Source of the DNA: Chrysomallon squamiferum
Taxonomy: Eukaryota > Animalia > Mollusca
Length of the DNA: 64,000 nucleotides
Reading direction: 5' to 3'
Assembly (NCBI GenBank): GCA_012295275.1
Contig: CM022669.1
Span: 2,976,001-3,040,000, forward strand
The position numbers were made by a program, and so were the translations under genes. The notes below the pieces were generated by a model. The model was not told where the DNA came from and ran no database searches. It saw nothing but the letters and a program-made list of their open reading frames with translations. How positions within the stretch are numbered: the stretch's first letter is position 1; each line of letters begins with the position of its first letter. Below, in pieces: positions 1-14,039 of this stretch.

Positions 1-258
1 TTACAAAAAGATATGACAATGATCATTTAATTAATAATCAGATATTTGAAAAAAAAGCTTCTAAGATAATTTTTTAAAACACGAATTCAAACTGGAGTCT
101 GTTGTGTTTGAGAATAACCGTTAGAGCAATTAATTAAATTTCTTTCTACATCTATTTCATGTCAAACAAATAGTGATTCTGATGGAGAATCTTCAAAGAC
201 GTTCGCAATATTTCTTAATTAGCAATACAGGATCACTTGTAAAGAGTCTTGCGATTTC

Positions 259-326
<68 letters not shown>

Positions 327-1781
327 CAACCAGTCTCAATGAAAACCAATGATAGTGCTACGGATGAAAAGGAATTTAGTTCTATGAGCATCTGAATCAA
401 GCGATATAACCATTGGGCCATCAGCAGCCTAGTCCAAAATGAAGAATTTATTTGCATGAAACTGTCACGAGAAAAAAATCTCTCCCTTTTTTTAACCTTT
501 TTAAAAAGTTAATTCATTCATTCGTTCGAAAATTAATTAATTCTTCAATGACGCATTCCCTTCGTCCATTCATCCATCCATTCATCGCTCATTTAGTCAG
601 TAATTTATTTTGTTATAACTTGTTTTATTAATATTCAATCAGTCAGTAATTTATTGTTATTAATATTGTTATTATTATGATTTTTTTTGTTTTCATTTTT
701 ATAGTTTTATTAACATTTCGAATCTAAATATAATTATCTTACGATTTGAAATTATTCTGCTCTTTTCTGTGTTATCTCAAAGACCGTCAACAAAAAGAAC
801 AATCTGTTCTAGTGTGGACAAATTTCAGTCATCCACACACAACGAAATTGTTTCCATCAGAGCTCTGGTTGGATGTCCGAAAAATCTACGCCAGTGAGTA
901 CTTGTTATAAATGACATTTCTCAGCAATTGTTCATAATCGATTGCATTTATTGCGCACCCATGACTCAAGCTATTTGACTCACTGATTGGAATATACACT
1001 TGATTAAGTAACAAACCCTTATGGCTGAAAGATGCAGTCGTCGGCTCAACGCCAAGTGATGTTCATCAATTTCCCGTCGATAATTTGCTCCCAACGTCCC
1101 GTTCAATTGCCGGACAGCAAAGCGGAAGGATAGACGTGTTCGAGCGATTCCGGGAGTACTGTAGTCAGCTGCTTACAACAAAACATGGCTTCTGTCAGAC
1201 TTGACCTTTTTTCATGACTCGTTTATTCACAGATGGACACAGTTGGTAAACGGAGGAAGAGGATAATTATAGGCTCTTTGAACGAGAAAAAAAGAAAAGA
1301 AGAAAAAAAGCTCTTAGTATTTTTGAATAGAAGCAAAATATTAAAAAAACAGAACAATTGAATAATAGAGATTTATTGGTCATTTTACTAATTTTTCAAT
1401 TTTGGTTTTGTTTGTGGGGAGGTCTCTTGTTTTTATTAATTAATTTATTATTTATTTATTTATTATTTTATTATTATTATTATTATTATTATTGCAGAAC
1501 AAGAGAAGCATTACTGACCCATTTAATAGATAGTTTGTTTTGCTAGTTTTAAGACAACGTGGTTCCTGTGTAACTAAGTTTTTGTATCGGAAGTTAATTT
1601 TACAAACTGCAAGGACAGTTATCATTTCCTTATGCTTGTCTGTCAAAACACTGGTAAAATTTTGAATTTAAATAGAGAAGAAAATGTCTGCAGTGGTTTT
1701 AAACTTAGGTAGATTCTTTTGTAAAACCGACATCAACGTGTTCTAATTTTAATACGTGTAAATACTCTGACTCCGTGACTG

Positions 1782-4700
1782 GCCATTTCATTATTACAAA
1801 TAACAATATGGTATTTATATTTGTTAGAATATTAACATATAAATAATCACATTTCTTCTTCATTCTGCAATAATATTTTTAACTAGATATTTAAGACGTG
1901 GAGAGCGAAATCACAAAACTTTCTTTATCGAATACTTCGGCCATATTTGTTATTTAAGCTAATTAGAGAAAACACGTTTTATACGACGATGTCACGGACT
2001 GCTAACATCAACACATGGTTTGGTATGGATTGATGTTCATTAGTATTTGCGCTTTACAAATCATACCAGTTTGGCAAGAAACAGTTTCTGTTAGCAACCA
2101 TATTGCTGCATGTATAGTATAAAAAAAATATTATAGTAAATCCTATATTATTTAAACCATTTAAAAAGTTGAAAGTGGGGCACCGTTACTTACTGGTAAA
2201 ATACTGGACTGAGGCGTGCCTAGTCGTAGGATCAATTATCCTCGGTACCAGCTGTTATTCCAGTGTATTGTATACTGAAAAAAAACCATGTCTTTTCTTT
2301 GGACTGGAATATTTCACCAACTTTTTGTCCCCTAAATGTGAAGTGGGTTGAATGGAGGTCCGTTAAATCGCAGGATACTAAATTCTGATTATTATTATTA
2401 TTGTTATGTTTTTATTTAAATTATTTTAATAATAATAATAACACTTATAAAAAAAAAAAAAGTTATGAAATGGCTTGCGACACAAGTGCGATGTGAAGCG
2501 TGAGCTCTTTGTGTGTATAAATAAACATATAACACGCTGTGAGTGAATAAAGAATCTAAATATGTATTTTGAATACTTTCAAATAACTGTAACTGTTAAA
2601 ACTAGCGACCCATCCCTTGCCTGCGACACATACGACGTCAGTGATGCAGTTTACCGCTTTCATTTTCTTTTTTTTAGTTATGTATCTGACATCAACTTCA
2701 CAGACACTTAACCACGCTTCAATTCAAAATACTGGTAATTTAGAATAGCCTTTATTATGTTGGTAGTTTTTATTTTTATTTTTTTTTTAATATGTAGGAG
2801 AATGTTGTGTCTATGTTTTGCCTCAACAAATCCCCGAAACCTAAGAAACATTTGTTCACTGAATAAAACTATTATCGACAATTTTCACTTTAGACAAATC
2901 TAATGCAATCAAAAGCTGTCCGCGGTGACTCAGTCTTTTAAAAGTACTTTTCCTTTCACTCGCAGGTTTTGTGTGGAATTATTATGTAGAAATAACAGTG
3001 TTTGAAAACATATTTACACAGGTGACTACTCTGTTCAAATTTCTGTGTTTGTGTTTACGATGATGTCTGATACAAACTAATCAAAGCTGACTTGTATAAA
3101 ATGAAAACTTGTACGGAGGAAGGGGTAAGTAGTGACTCTCAAAAAGCGATTTTTTCATGTACATAATATATACATATATATCGGTATGAAGACCACAGGA
3201 TTTCTCGTAATGATCTGGTGGGGGGTTTGAAAATATTTCAAAGTGGTATTTCTTAACCCAAATGCGGATTAAGATGCGCCAGTAGTGGAAATGGCAATAA
3301 TACGCACATTGTTTATAACACATTTCTGTATTGCCTAAGAACATTTTCATTAGGTTTTTCTGATTTTGAATCCACATGTACGAAAATGTGGTTGCTCTGG
3401 CTAAAACATTCTTATAATTCAGCTATATCTTTCAACAAGACTGATACAAAACTTTTATAAAAAAAACCCTAAAAATAAAGACTTGTAAATGGTTATAGAA
3501 CATTCTAAACTATTGTGCCCTACAGGTAATAATTTTGTAATGTATCTGAAACTTCAGTGGAAACGAACTGACATTTCTAAGATTTCACGTAAACACAAGT
3601 TGGCAGGATCTTCAGGCAGATCTCCCAGCAGTCTTTGGCTTGGGAAGATTAAGGATGAAATCAACTTCAGCTGATTCTGCATCAGACACGGAATGTGCAG
3701 AGTTCGAAACGTAGACTGTATAAACCAGTGTGAGATATTTTAATTATTTTAGTAAGCCTAGTGACGTGTGTTTGTATTAGCGTAGTGCTAAGTCACCAAA
3801 CACAGGAATGAAGAATGTGATTTCTCTGCATGTAGCTTTTTTCTTTTGTTGTCTTTCTCCTGTCACTGACTGACCGAGTCAGAGATTTAAGCAAGACACG
3901 TTTAGAGACTGGAGAAGATTTCTGATTAGTAACAGGTTATTATTATATTTCTAAAGTGATGTATAAGAGTTTGTATTAGTGTTATGGATACTGATGTAGT
4001 TTTATTCGATTTAAATAGGAGTATTTGTTGTACATGCATTCTGCAGGATAGTTAATATCGGCATAGTTTTTATATAAAATAACGTGTTACGCACTTAATA
4101 TGAACTTAGTCCTTTTTAATACTTATCACGCCGAGAGATGCCAATATCCCATGTATGTGGTGTGTGTTGTCATGTTGTCACGCCATTTCATTATTACAAA
4201 TAACAATATGTTATTTATATTTGTTAGAATATTAACATATAAATAATCACATTTCTACTTCATTCTGCAATAATATTTATAACTAGATTATTTAAGACGT
4301 GGAGAGCGAAATCACAAAACTTTCTTTATCGAATACTTCGGCCATATTTGTTATTTAAGCTAATTAGAGAAAACACGTTTTATACGACGATGTCACGGAC
4401 TGCTAACATCAACACATGGTTTGGTATGGATTGATGTTCATTAGTATTTGCGCTTTACTAATCATTCCAGTTTCGCAAGAACACAGTTTCTGTTAGCAAC
4501 TATATTGCTGCATGTTTAGTATAAAAAAAATATTATGGTAAATCCTATATTATTTAAACCATTTAAAAAGTTGAAAGAAGGGCACCGTTACTTACTGGTA
4601 AAACACTGGACTGAGGCGTGCCTAGTCGTAGGATCAATTACCCTCGGTACCTATGCAGAATTATTTCCCACTATCTCTGGGTAGCATACAAAACTATCAG

Positions 4701-7700
4701 GTACTAGTGGAAAAACAGCATTCCTGCGGCGTGCGGCTGTGCACTTTGTTTTTCATTTCAGTGCAGGCCTTAACGAAACATTTTACTGTTTTTTATCAGC
4801 TGTTATTGTAGTGTATTGTATACTGAAAAAAACGTGTCTTTTCTTCGGACTGGAATATTTCACCAACTTTTTGTCCCCTAAATCTGAAGTGGGTTGAATG
4901 GAGGTCCGTTAAATCGCAGGATACTAAATTCTGATTATTATTATTATTGTTATGTTTTTATTTAAATTCTTTTAATAATAATAATAACACTTATAAAAAA
5001 AAAAGAAGTTATGAAATGGCTTGCGACACAAGTGCGATGTGAAGCGTGAGCTCTTTGTGTGTATAAATAAACATATAACACGCTGTGAGTGAATAAAGAA
5101 TCTAAATATGTATTTTGAATACTTTCAAATAACTGTTACTGTTAAAACTTGCGACCCATCCCTTGCTAATAACATACGACGTCGGTGATGCACTTTACCG
5201 CTTTCATTTTCTTTTTTTAGTTTCTAACTGACATCAGCTTCACAGACACTTAACCACGCTTCAATTCAAAATACTGGTAATTTAGAATAGCCTTTATTAT
5301 GTTGGTAGTTTTTATTTTTTTATTTTTTTTAATATGTAGGAGAATGTTGTGTCTATGTTTTGCGTCAACAAATCCCCGAAACCTAAGAAACATTTGTTCA
5401 CTGAATAAAACTATTATCGACAATTTTCGCTTTAGACAAATCTAATGCAATCAAAAGCTGTCCGCGGTGACTCAGTCTTTTAAAAGTACTTTTCCTTTCA
5501 CTCGCAGGTTTTGTGTGGAATTATTATGTAGAAATAACAGTGTTTGAAAACATATTTACACAGGTGACTACTCTGTTCAAATTTCTGTGTTTGTGTTTAC
5601 GATGATGTCTGATACAAACTAATCAAAGCTGACTTGTATAAAATGAACACTTGTACGGAGGAAGGGGTAAGTAATGACTCTCAAAAAGCGATTTTTTCAT
5701 GTACATAATATATACATATATATCGGTATGAAGACCACAGGATTTCTCGTAATGATCTGGTGGGGGGTTTGAAAATGTTTCAAAGTGGTATTTCTTAACC
5801 CAAATGCGGATTAAGATGCGCCAGTAGTGGAAATGGCAATAATACGCACATTGTTTATAACACATTTCTTCATTGCCTAAGAACATTTTCATTAGGTTTT
5901 TCTGATTTTGAATCCACATGTACGAAAATGTGGTTGCTCTGGCTAAAACATTCTTATAATTCAGCTATATCTTTCAACAAGACTGATACAAAACTTTTAT
6001 AAAAAAAAACCTAAAAATAAAGACTTGTAAATGGTTATAGAACATTCTAAACTATTGTGCCCTACAGGTAATAATTTTGTAATGTATCTGAAACTTCAGT
6101 GGAAACGAACTGACATTTCTAAGATTTCACGTAAACACAAGTTGGCAGGATCTTCAGGCAGATCTCCCAGCAGTCTTTGGCTTGGGAAGATTAAGGATGA
6201 AATCAACTTCAGCTGATTCTGCATCAGACACGGAATGTGCAGAGTTCGAAACGTAGACTGTATAAACCAGTGTGAGATATTTTAATTATTTTAGTAAGCC
6301 TAGTGACGTGTGTTTGTATTAGCGTAGTGCTAAGTCACCAAACACAGGAATGAAGAATGTGATTTCTCTGCATGTAGCTTTTTTTCTTTTGTTGTCTTTC
6401 TCCTGTCACTGACTGACCGAGTCAGAGATTTAAGCAAGACACGTTTAGAGACTGGAGAAGATTTCTGATTAGTAACAGGTTATTATTATATTTCTAAAGT
6501 GATGTATAAGAGTTTGTATTAGTGTTATGGATACTGATGTAGTTTTATTCGATTTAAATAGGAGTATTTGTTGTACATGCATTCTGCAGGATAGTTAATA
6601 TCGGCATAGTTTTTATATAAAATAACGTGTTACGCACTTAATATGAACTTAGTCCTTTTTAATACTTATCACGCCGAGAGATGCCAATATCCCATGTATG
6701 TGGTGTGTGTTGTCATGTTGTCACGCCATTTCATTATTACAAATAACAATATGTTATTTATATTTGTTAGAATATTAACATATAAATAATCACATTTCTA
6801 CTTCATTCTGCAATAATATTTATAACTAGATTATTTAAGACGTGGAGAGCGAAATCACAAAACTTTCTTTATCGAATACTTCGGCCATATTTGTTATTTA
6901 AGCTAATTAGAGAAAACACGTTTTATACGACGATGTCACGGACTGCTAACATCAACACATGGTTTGGTATGGATTGATGTTCATTAGTATTTGCGCTTTA
7001 CTAATCATTCCAGTTTCGCAAGAACACAGTTTCTGTTAGCAACTATATTGCTGCATGTTTAGTATAAAAAAATATTATGGTAAATCCTATATTATTTAAA
7101 CCATTTAAAAAGTTGAAAGAAGGGCACCGTTACTTACTGGTAAAACACTGGACTGAGGCGTGCCTAGTCGTAGGATCAATTACCCTCGGTACCTATGCAG
7201 AATTATTTCCCACTATCTCTGGGTAGCATACAAAACTATCAGGTACTAGTGGAAAAACAGCATTCCTGCGGCGTGCGGCTGTGCACTTTGTTTTTCATTT
7301 CAGTGCAGGCCTTAACGAAACATTTTACTGTTTTTTATCAGCTGTTATTGTAGTGTATTGTATACTGAAAAAAACGTGTCTTTTCTTCGGACTGGAATAT
7401 TTCACCAACTTTTTGTCCCCTAAATCTGAAGTGGGTTGAATGGAGGTCCGTTAAATCGCAGGATACTAAATTCTGATTATTATTATTATTGTTATGTTTT
7501 TATTTAAATTCTTTTAATAATAATAATAACACTTATAAAAAAAAAAAAAAGTTATGAAATGGCTTGCGACACAAGTGCGATGTGAAGCGTGAGCTCTTTG
7601 TGTGTATAAATAAACATATAACACGCTGTGAGTGAATAAAGAATCTAAATATGTATTTTGAATACTTTCAAATAACTGTTACTGTTAAAACTTGCGACCC

Positions 7701-9260
7701 ATCCCTTGCTAATAACATACGACGTCGGTGATGCACTTTACCGCTTTCATTTTCTTTTTTTAGTTTCTAACTGACATCAGCTTCACAGACACTTAACCAC
7801 GCTTCAATTCAAAATACTGGTAATTTAGAATAGCCTTTATTATGTTGGTAGTTTTTATTTTTTTATTTTTTTTAATATGTAGGAGAATGTTGTGTCTATG
7901 TTTTGCGTCAACAAATCCCCGAAACCTAAGAAACATTTGTTCACTGAATAAAACTATTATCGACAATTTTCGCTTTAGACAAATCTAATGCAATCAAAAG
8001 CTGTCCGCGGTGACTCAGTCTTTTAAAAGTACTTTTCCTTTCACTCGCAGGTTTTGTGTGGAATTATTATGTAGAAATAACAGTGTTTGAAAACATATTT
8101 ACACAGGTGACTACTCTGTTCAAATTTCTGTGTTTGTGTTTACGATGATGTCTGATACAAACTAATCAAAGCTGACTTGTATAAAATGAACACTTGTACG
8201 GAGGAAGGGGTAAGTAATGACTCTCAAAAAGCGATTTTTTCATGTACATAATATATACATATATATCGGTATGAAGACCACAGGATTTCTCGTAATGATC
8301 TGGTGGGGGGTTTGAAAATGTTTCAAAGTGGTATTTCTTAACCCAAATGCGGATTAAGATGCGCCAGTAGTGGAAATGGCAATAATACGCACATTGTTTA
8401 TAACACATTTCTTCATTGCCTAAGAACATTTTCATTAGGTTTTTCTGATTTTGAATCCACATGTACGAAAATGTGGTTGCTCTGGCTAAAACATTCTTAT
8501 AATTCAGCTATATCTTTCAACAAGACTGATACAAAACTTTTATAAAAAAAAACCTAAAAATAAAGACTTGTAAATGGTTATAGAACATTCTAAACTATTG
8601 TGCCCTACAGGTAATAATTTTGTAATGTATCTGAAACTTCAGTGGAAACGAACTGACATTTCTAAGATTTCACGTAAACACAAGTTGGCAGGATCTTCAG
8701 GCAGATCTCCCAGCAGTCTTTGGCTTGGGAAGATTAAGGATGAAATCAACTTCAGCTGATTCTGCATCAGACACGGAATGTGCAGAGTTCGAAACGTAGA
8801 CTGTATAAACCAGTGTGAGATATTTTAATTATTTTAGTAAGCCTAGTGACGTGTGTTTGTATTAGCGTAGTGCTAAGTCACCAAACACAGGAATGAAGAA
8901 TGTGATTTCTCTGCATGTAGCTTTTTTCTTTTGTTGTCTTTCTCCTGTCACTGACTGACCGAGTCAGAGATTTAAGCAAGACACGTTTAGAGACTGGAGA
9001 AGATTTCTGATTAGTAACAGGTTATTATTATATTTCTAAAGTGATGTATAAGAGTTTGTGTTAGTGTTATGGATACTGATGTAGTTTTATTCGATTTAAA
9101 TAGGAGTATTTGTTGTACATGCATTCTGCAGGATAGTTAATATCGGCATAGTTTTTATATAAAATAACGTGTTACGCACTTAATATGAACTTAGTCCTTT
9201 TTGATGCTTATCACGCCGAGAGATGCCAGTATCCCATGTAGATGGTGTGTGCTGTCATGT
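1782..9260. repeat. Tandem triplication of a ~2.54 kb unit (copies 1782-4181, 4182-6724, 6725-9260)
   Basis: Unit start GCCATTTCATTATTACAAATAACAATATG recurs at 1782, 4182 and 6725. The same ORFs recur at 3081/5623/8166 and 3489/6031/8574. Copies 2 and 3 are near-identical. Copy 1 is more diverged and lacks ~146 bp (4651-4796 in copy 2). Confidence 0.97.
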
Positions 9261-10456
9261 GAGTTGTTTAGTTATTTAAATAGTTGTGTAATCTGTTAAA
9301 ACGCGCAATATAATCTCACCTGAATATTTGTGACGTTTAATGAGGTATTTAAACATACATATTAGGAGCTGTCTAGATTTAATTAACAACATATGTGATA
9401 TTATGCCTATTTTTTAATAATGTATAGTTTTTATTATTCAGTATTATAAGTTCTGATGTATGATAAGTTCCACGAATGTTGTATTTGAAGGTAATGTAGT
9501 TGTAATAAATACCTGATGTTCATATCACATGGTTTGTATGATGAAAATAATTTGATTTTATGACGTGACGATACTGTACAAATAATTATTTGCTTATCTT
9601 CAGGATAAAAGGAGGAAAATTTGAGAATATAATCATCTTCCTAACCCTGCAGTGTTCACTTTAAATATGAATACCCATAACTATTACACTTTCAGCCAGC
9701 TTCTCAAATTAAATCAAAGGAATACATGTGTTTATTGTCGGATATTTCAACCTTAGCCTAAACATCGCTGAGGATAAAAGCTTTGAAACCTGTTTAAAGT
9801 AGACTAATCAGCGAAAACAAACAATCGTTATCGCCATTGAAGTGTCCAGTCACCCAGCTGAAAGATATACCACGTCATCACTGACATGCTGAGTGACCAG
9901 TCCAAGTCGTTACAATGGTATCCTCCCAATAACCATATGGTCAATAGTCCTACAGTTTGGAAAGCAGTCAAGCAGTAAGTAAGCTGGACACACCTGTGTG
10001 GGGAATGATCAGCTAGTGTTGACTGTGTTTCATTTCTAACTGTTGTAATCACAACTCTGGTGGGAAGCATGTGTTCATGGTCAGTCCAATTATATGGAGA
10101 CGTTGCTCTTAAATAGAAGGTCTTTGAAGGAGATATGTTTTGATGGTGACTGGAAAAAAAGTCACAGGAAAAAAGTCACAGAAGAAAAGTCACAGTTTAG
10201 CATAGAAAAAAATGTCACGGGAAAAAAAGTAAAAAAATGTATGGGTTTCTAGAGTACTGAATATGGCATCATAGATTGCATGAGGTAATTCTTAAGCTTA
10301 CTGATTAGGCGAGATTAAAGAAAGGGGTTTCATATTAGGTCTAGCCTGGGTTTAGCTAACTGATTAGGATAGATTTAAACTAAGGGCTTCCTATTGTAAA
10401 GGATTTATAAAATGTGTTTCACTATATATTCTCCAACTTGCTCTAGTATCAGAAGT

Positions 10457-10600
10457 ATGTTTAATAAGGGTGGTAACAAAATCTGTTATGAGAGTTTCAT
10501 GTATACCAAAACATGCAACTCTCAAAACAAAGTTGTGGTGGAGATGTGTAAAACATTCTAGTTGTAATTGTCGCGGTTCAATGATAACAGACTTACACAT
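10457..10600 (+). pseudogene. FLYWCH zinc-finger fragment of MULE transposase, frameshifted
   Basis: Reads MFNKGGNKICYESFMYTK, then after a frameshift TKLWWRCVKHSSCNCRGSMITDL. This matches the FLYWCH pattern KGG..L..G(F/Y).Y....(Y)WRC....CRG. Confidence 0.75.
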
Positions 10601-10789
10601 AGAGCCTTGAGGACCGCAAGACTGTGGCAGGATTTCTTCGTGGTATTGGGTAGAACATCCGCCTAAACCCGCCAATATTAAAATCAAAGAAAATGTGTTT
10701 CATTTATCTTTCATTTCTAATATAATTCTTAATTTTAATAAAAGATTATGACTTTTTTCCTAGAATTCTTTACAAAGAAGAGATAGTCA

Positions 10790-11550
10790 GGCAAAGTATT
10801 GCCATCATTCCCCAGTAGGAGCAGCGAACTGTACACACATCAATGGAAGCAGACCCCTGCACTTTTCCTGACAAGATCCCAACCTGGACCTTACTGGAGA
10901 ATGGACAGAGACTGGACAGAGACTGCTGATAGTGATGCAGATAAGACACTGATCTTCTCCACTGAACAAAATTTTCATACTTTGCATGATCTACATGGAC
11001 TGCTCCTTTTCTTCATGTCCTGAGCTCTGGGATCAAGTTTACATTCTTCATGCCAGGAGTGGGTCAGTCACATATGCGCTAGTATCTGCCTTGCTGCCCA
11101 TCAGACAGACAGCCACCTACCACAAGACAAAATTCAGGCCGCATGGATTGAAACCATGGAATCGACACCAAATGTATCTCGTTCCCAAGAGTTCAATGAC
11201 TACATGGTCGTCAACTGGATTGATGATGATGGTCGCTTCCCCCTGCCGGTCTGGAACCATCATGAGACAGATGGGCCAACAACAATGTGGAAGGATTCCA
11301 CAACCGACTCAACAAGGCAATGCCCCACTACCTCCCGAACATCTATCGATTTGTGGACATTATCAAGAAGATTGAGTGTGAAGACTGAGCCAAGATTTCC
11401 CAGACTGACTTCGGAGCTGCTCCTCCGTCCCACAAATGTGTATACAGAGAGATGGAAAACAGACCGGTTAGATTCAAACATCAGTTACAGCAGAGTCAAG
11501 ACACCTCTTCAGTTCTTATATGTTGTAGGCTATCTGCTGAAACTTAAGTC
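10790..11550 (+). pseudogene. MULE transposase pseudogene (multiple frameshifts, central core deleted)
   Basis: Fragments across frames: LPSFPSRSSELY, DKTLIFSTEQN, IYMDCSFSSCPELWDQVYILHA...LVSALLP (cf. DGTF..P..F.QLY.IH...PLVYALLP), FNDYMVVNWIDD..FPLPVWNHH, NNVEGFHNRLNK...PNIYRFV (cf. RTNN..EGWHNRL). Confidence 0.88.
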
Positions 11551-12149
11551 ATCAAGTTATCTGGATGAAATAAAATGTATAAATAGTTATAAGCCTTTCT
11601 TTCATTTATTTATTGCCGTAGTCATACAGTATACAAGAATGTAGGATCATACCATTTTTTTTTTTATCTGGGTAATGGGCAGAGGATTAACTGTGCATTA
11701 AACCTTGACCTGTGTTGTTATAAACTGTATGAAATATTAAAATAGATAATCTTTTCTTTTCTTTTTCTTTTCCATTTTTTCATTCATTCTTTCTTTCTTT
11801 TTAAATATTAAGCCAATAAAAGTATAATAAAATGATACTAACCTGAGTTTTGCAGAACATCCAAATTTACGAATGAACCTGTGAAAATCATTCTTAAAGA
11901 TGTGAAAGAAAACTATCGATAAATTCCAATTTTTACAGTTAACGCATAATGTTTATATTCTTTACATCATTAACAATAACATTAGCAATAAAAACAACAA
12001 CAACAACACTAATAATAATAATAATACTCAAGAGATAATAAATGACAGCTAGTGACACAAAAAAAATAAAAAAATAAAAAACAAATGAACAAATAAATAA
12101 AACAATATAGAAATTACAGATGACACAAATTATATCAACGAATACAAAG

Positions 12150-12499
<350 letters not shown>

Positions 12500-13225
12500 C
12501 TGCCTTGGCGACTACAGAAATCGTAGATATTTATTCAGTCGCAGAACAAAAGTTTTTATTTCCAACTCCAAATTTAATGTAGCAAAAATGTTATACTCTA
12601 CTCTTATTTATATTCTTTTATTACGAAACTATGTCTAACTGGTATTTATCAGTTGTTATTTTGATATACCGTACGTAGTAAAGCTTTGTTTGAGTTGTCT
12701 TCTCTTATAACTGAATGTTCTGTTTAGATTTTATATAATAATAATAATAAAGAAATCCGAAATCTGAGACGCATTTATTAACCGAGTTCAGCTGTATTTA
12801 TTATTGAAAACTTTCGCTGTAGACAAATCTGACGTCATCAAAGTTTTAACTGTGACGCAGTCTTATAAAATATTTCATTTCGAGTCATTAATATAAAAGT
12901 AAAATGTTGTTCGCAAGACAGACGAATAGACTGTTCAAGTTTCTGTGTGTATATGACGATGTCTGGGATGAACTAAACACGTCCAGAGTGTTTTTCTCAA
13001 ATAGAGACTTGGATGATCTCACAAAACTTCCAAGTAGAACCGGTGTTTCGAAATAGAGATTTTTTTATAAACCACTGCTTTCATACAGCTTCTCAGTTTA
13101 AATCAGAAATATTTATTTGTTAGATATTCCTGTGAAACAAGCCACGCCTGAAACATCGTTCAGGACAGACAGTCAAGTTCATGTGTTCATGTGTCAAAAA
13201 TAACTGTGTCCTATGCAGTCCTGCC

Positions 13226-13357
13226 CTAGTTGTCAAAGGTCTCTGAAAAATAAAATAATGAAATTTTCAGTACATTTCAGTATATATATATATATATATA
13301 TATATATAACAGGTGTGACCAGCAACATACACCTACCTCTTTGATATAGAACAGTTG

Positions 13358-13410
<53 letters not shown>

Positions 13411-13777
13411 TATATAAACTGGTAATCACAAAACACGGACATTACTGTTACAATTTATATCTAACATTACTTACGATATAACGTAACATTCATCGTTTTC
13501 CGCCCGTGGTTGTTATGGGAAACGCATTCATATTCTCCGTAGTCGTGATTCAGCACGTGCAAAATTCTCAGTCGCGAGTGAGTTCGATACCGGCCCGTTG
13601 TTGTTGACGTCGTGCGATATTTGAAGTTGTTGCGTAGTCGTACTCCGTTTCGTATCCAGTAAACTGACGGTCTGGGGTGAGCGACAGCGCTGCAAGTTAA
13701 ATACACGTCTTTTCCTTTCCTTTGCCCAACTCGGGGCTTCTCAGAATAAACTTTCGGTTCACCTGTTAATCAGTATA

Positions 13778-13833
<56 letters not shown>

Positions 13834-13990
13834 CAACAACAACAATAATAATAATACGGTAAGCATTGAAAACTAATTACAAATAAATATTTAAAATAAA
13901 ATAAAAAAATAAAAAAATAAATAAAATAAGAATAACTTTACTATTTTGTATTGAGATACATACAAACACAGTAGATACGCCAAATGCGAG

Positions 13991-14039
<49 letters not shown>

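Larger units (their letters stand above)
10152..11550 (+). mobile_element. Decayed Mutator-like (MULE) DNA transposon remnant
   Basis: Subterminal repeats GGAAAAAAAGTCACA (3-4 copies, 10152-10235) with an inverted counterpart TGACTTTTTTCCTAGAATTC at 10749-10768. Frameshifted FLYWCH and MULE transposase fragments follow. No target-site duplication seen. Confidence 0.85.

Noticed and set aside
375-430. tRNA-like 5' half on the minus strand (GATGGCCCAATGGTTATATCGCTTGATTCAGA); a similar weak signal lies at ~49330-49395
   Set aside because: No convincing T-arm or acceptor stem. At most decayed tRNA-derived SINE heads.
3081-3674. Repeated 98-aa and 61-aa ORFs in each tandem unit
   Set aside because: No recognisable domain or coding-like composition; they recur only because of the DNA duplication.
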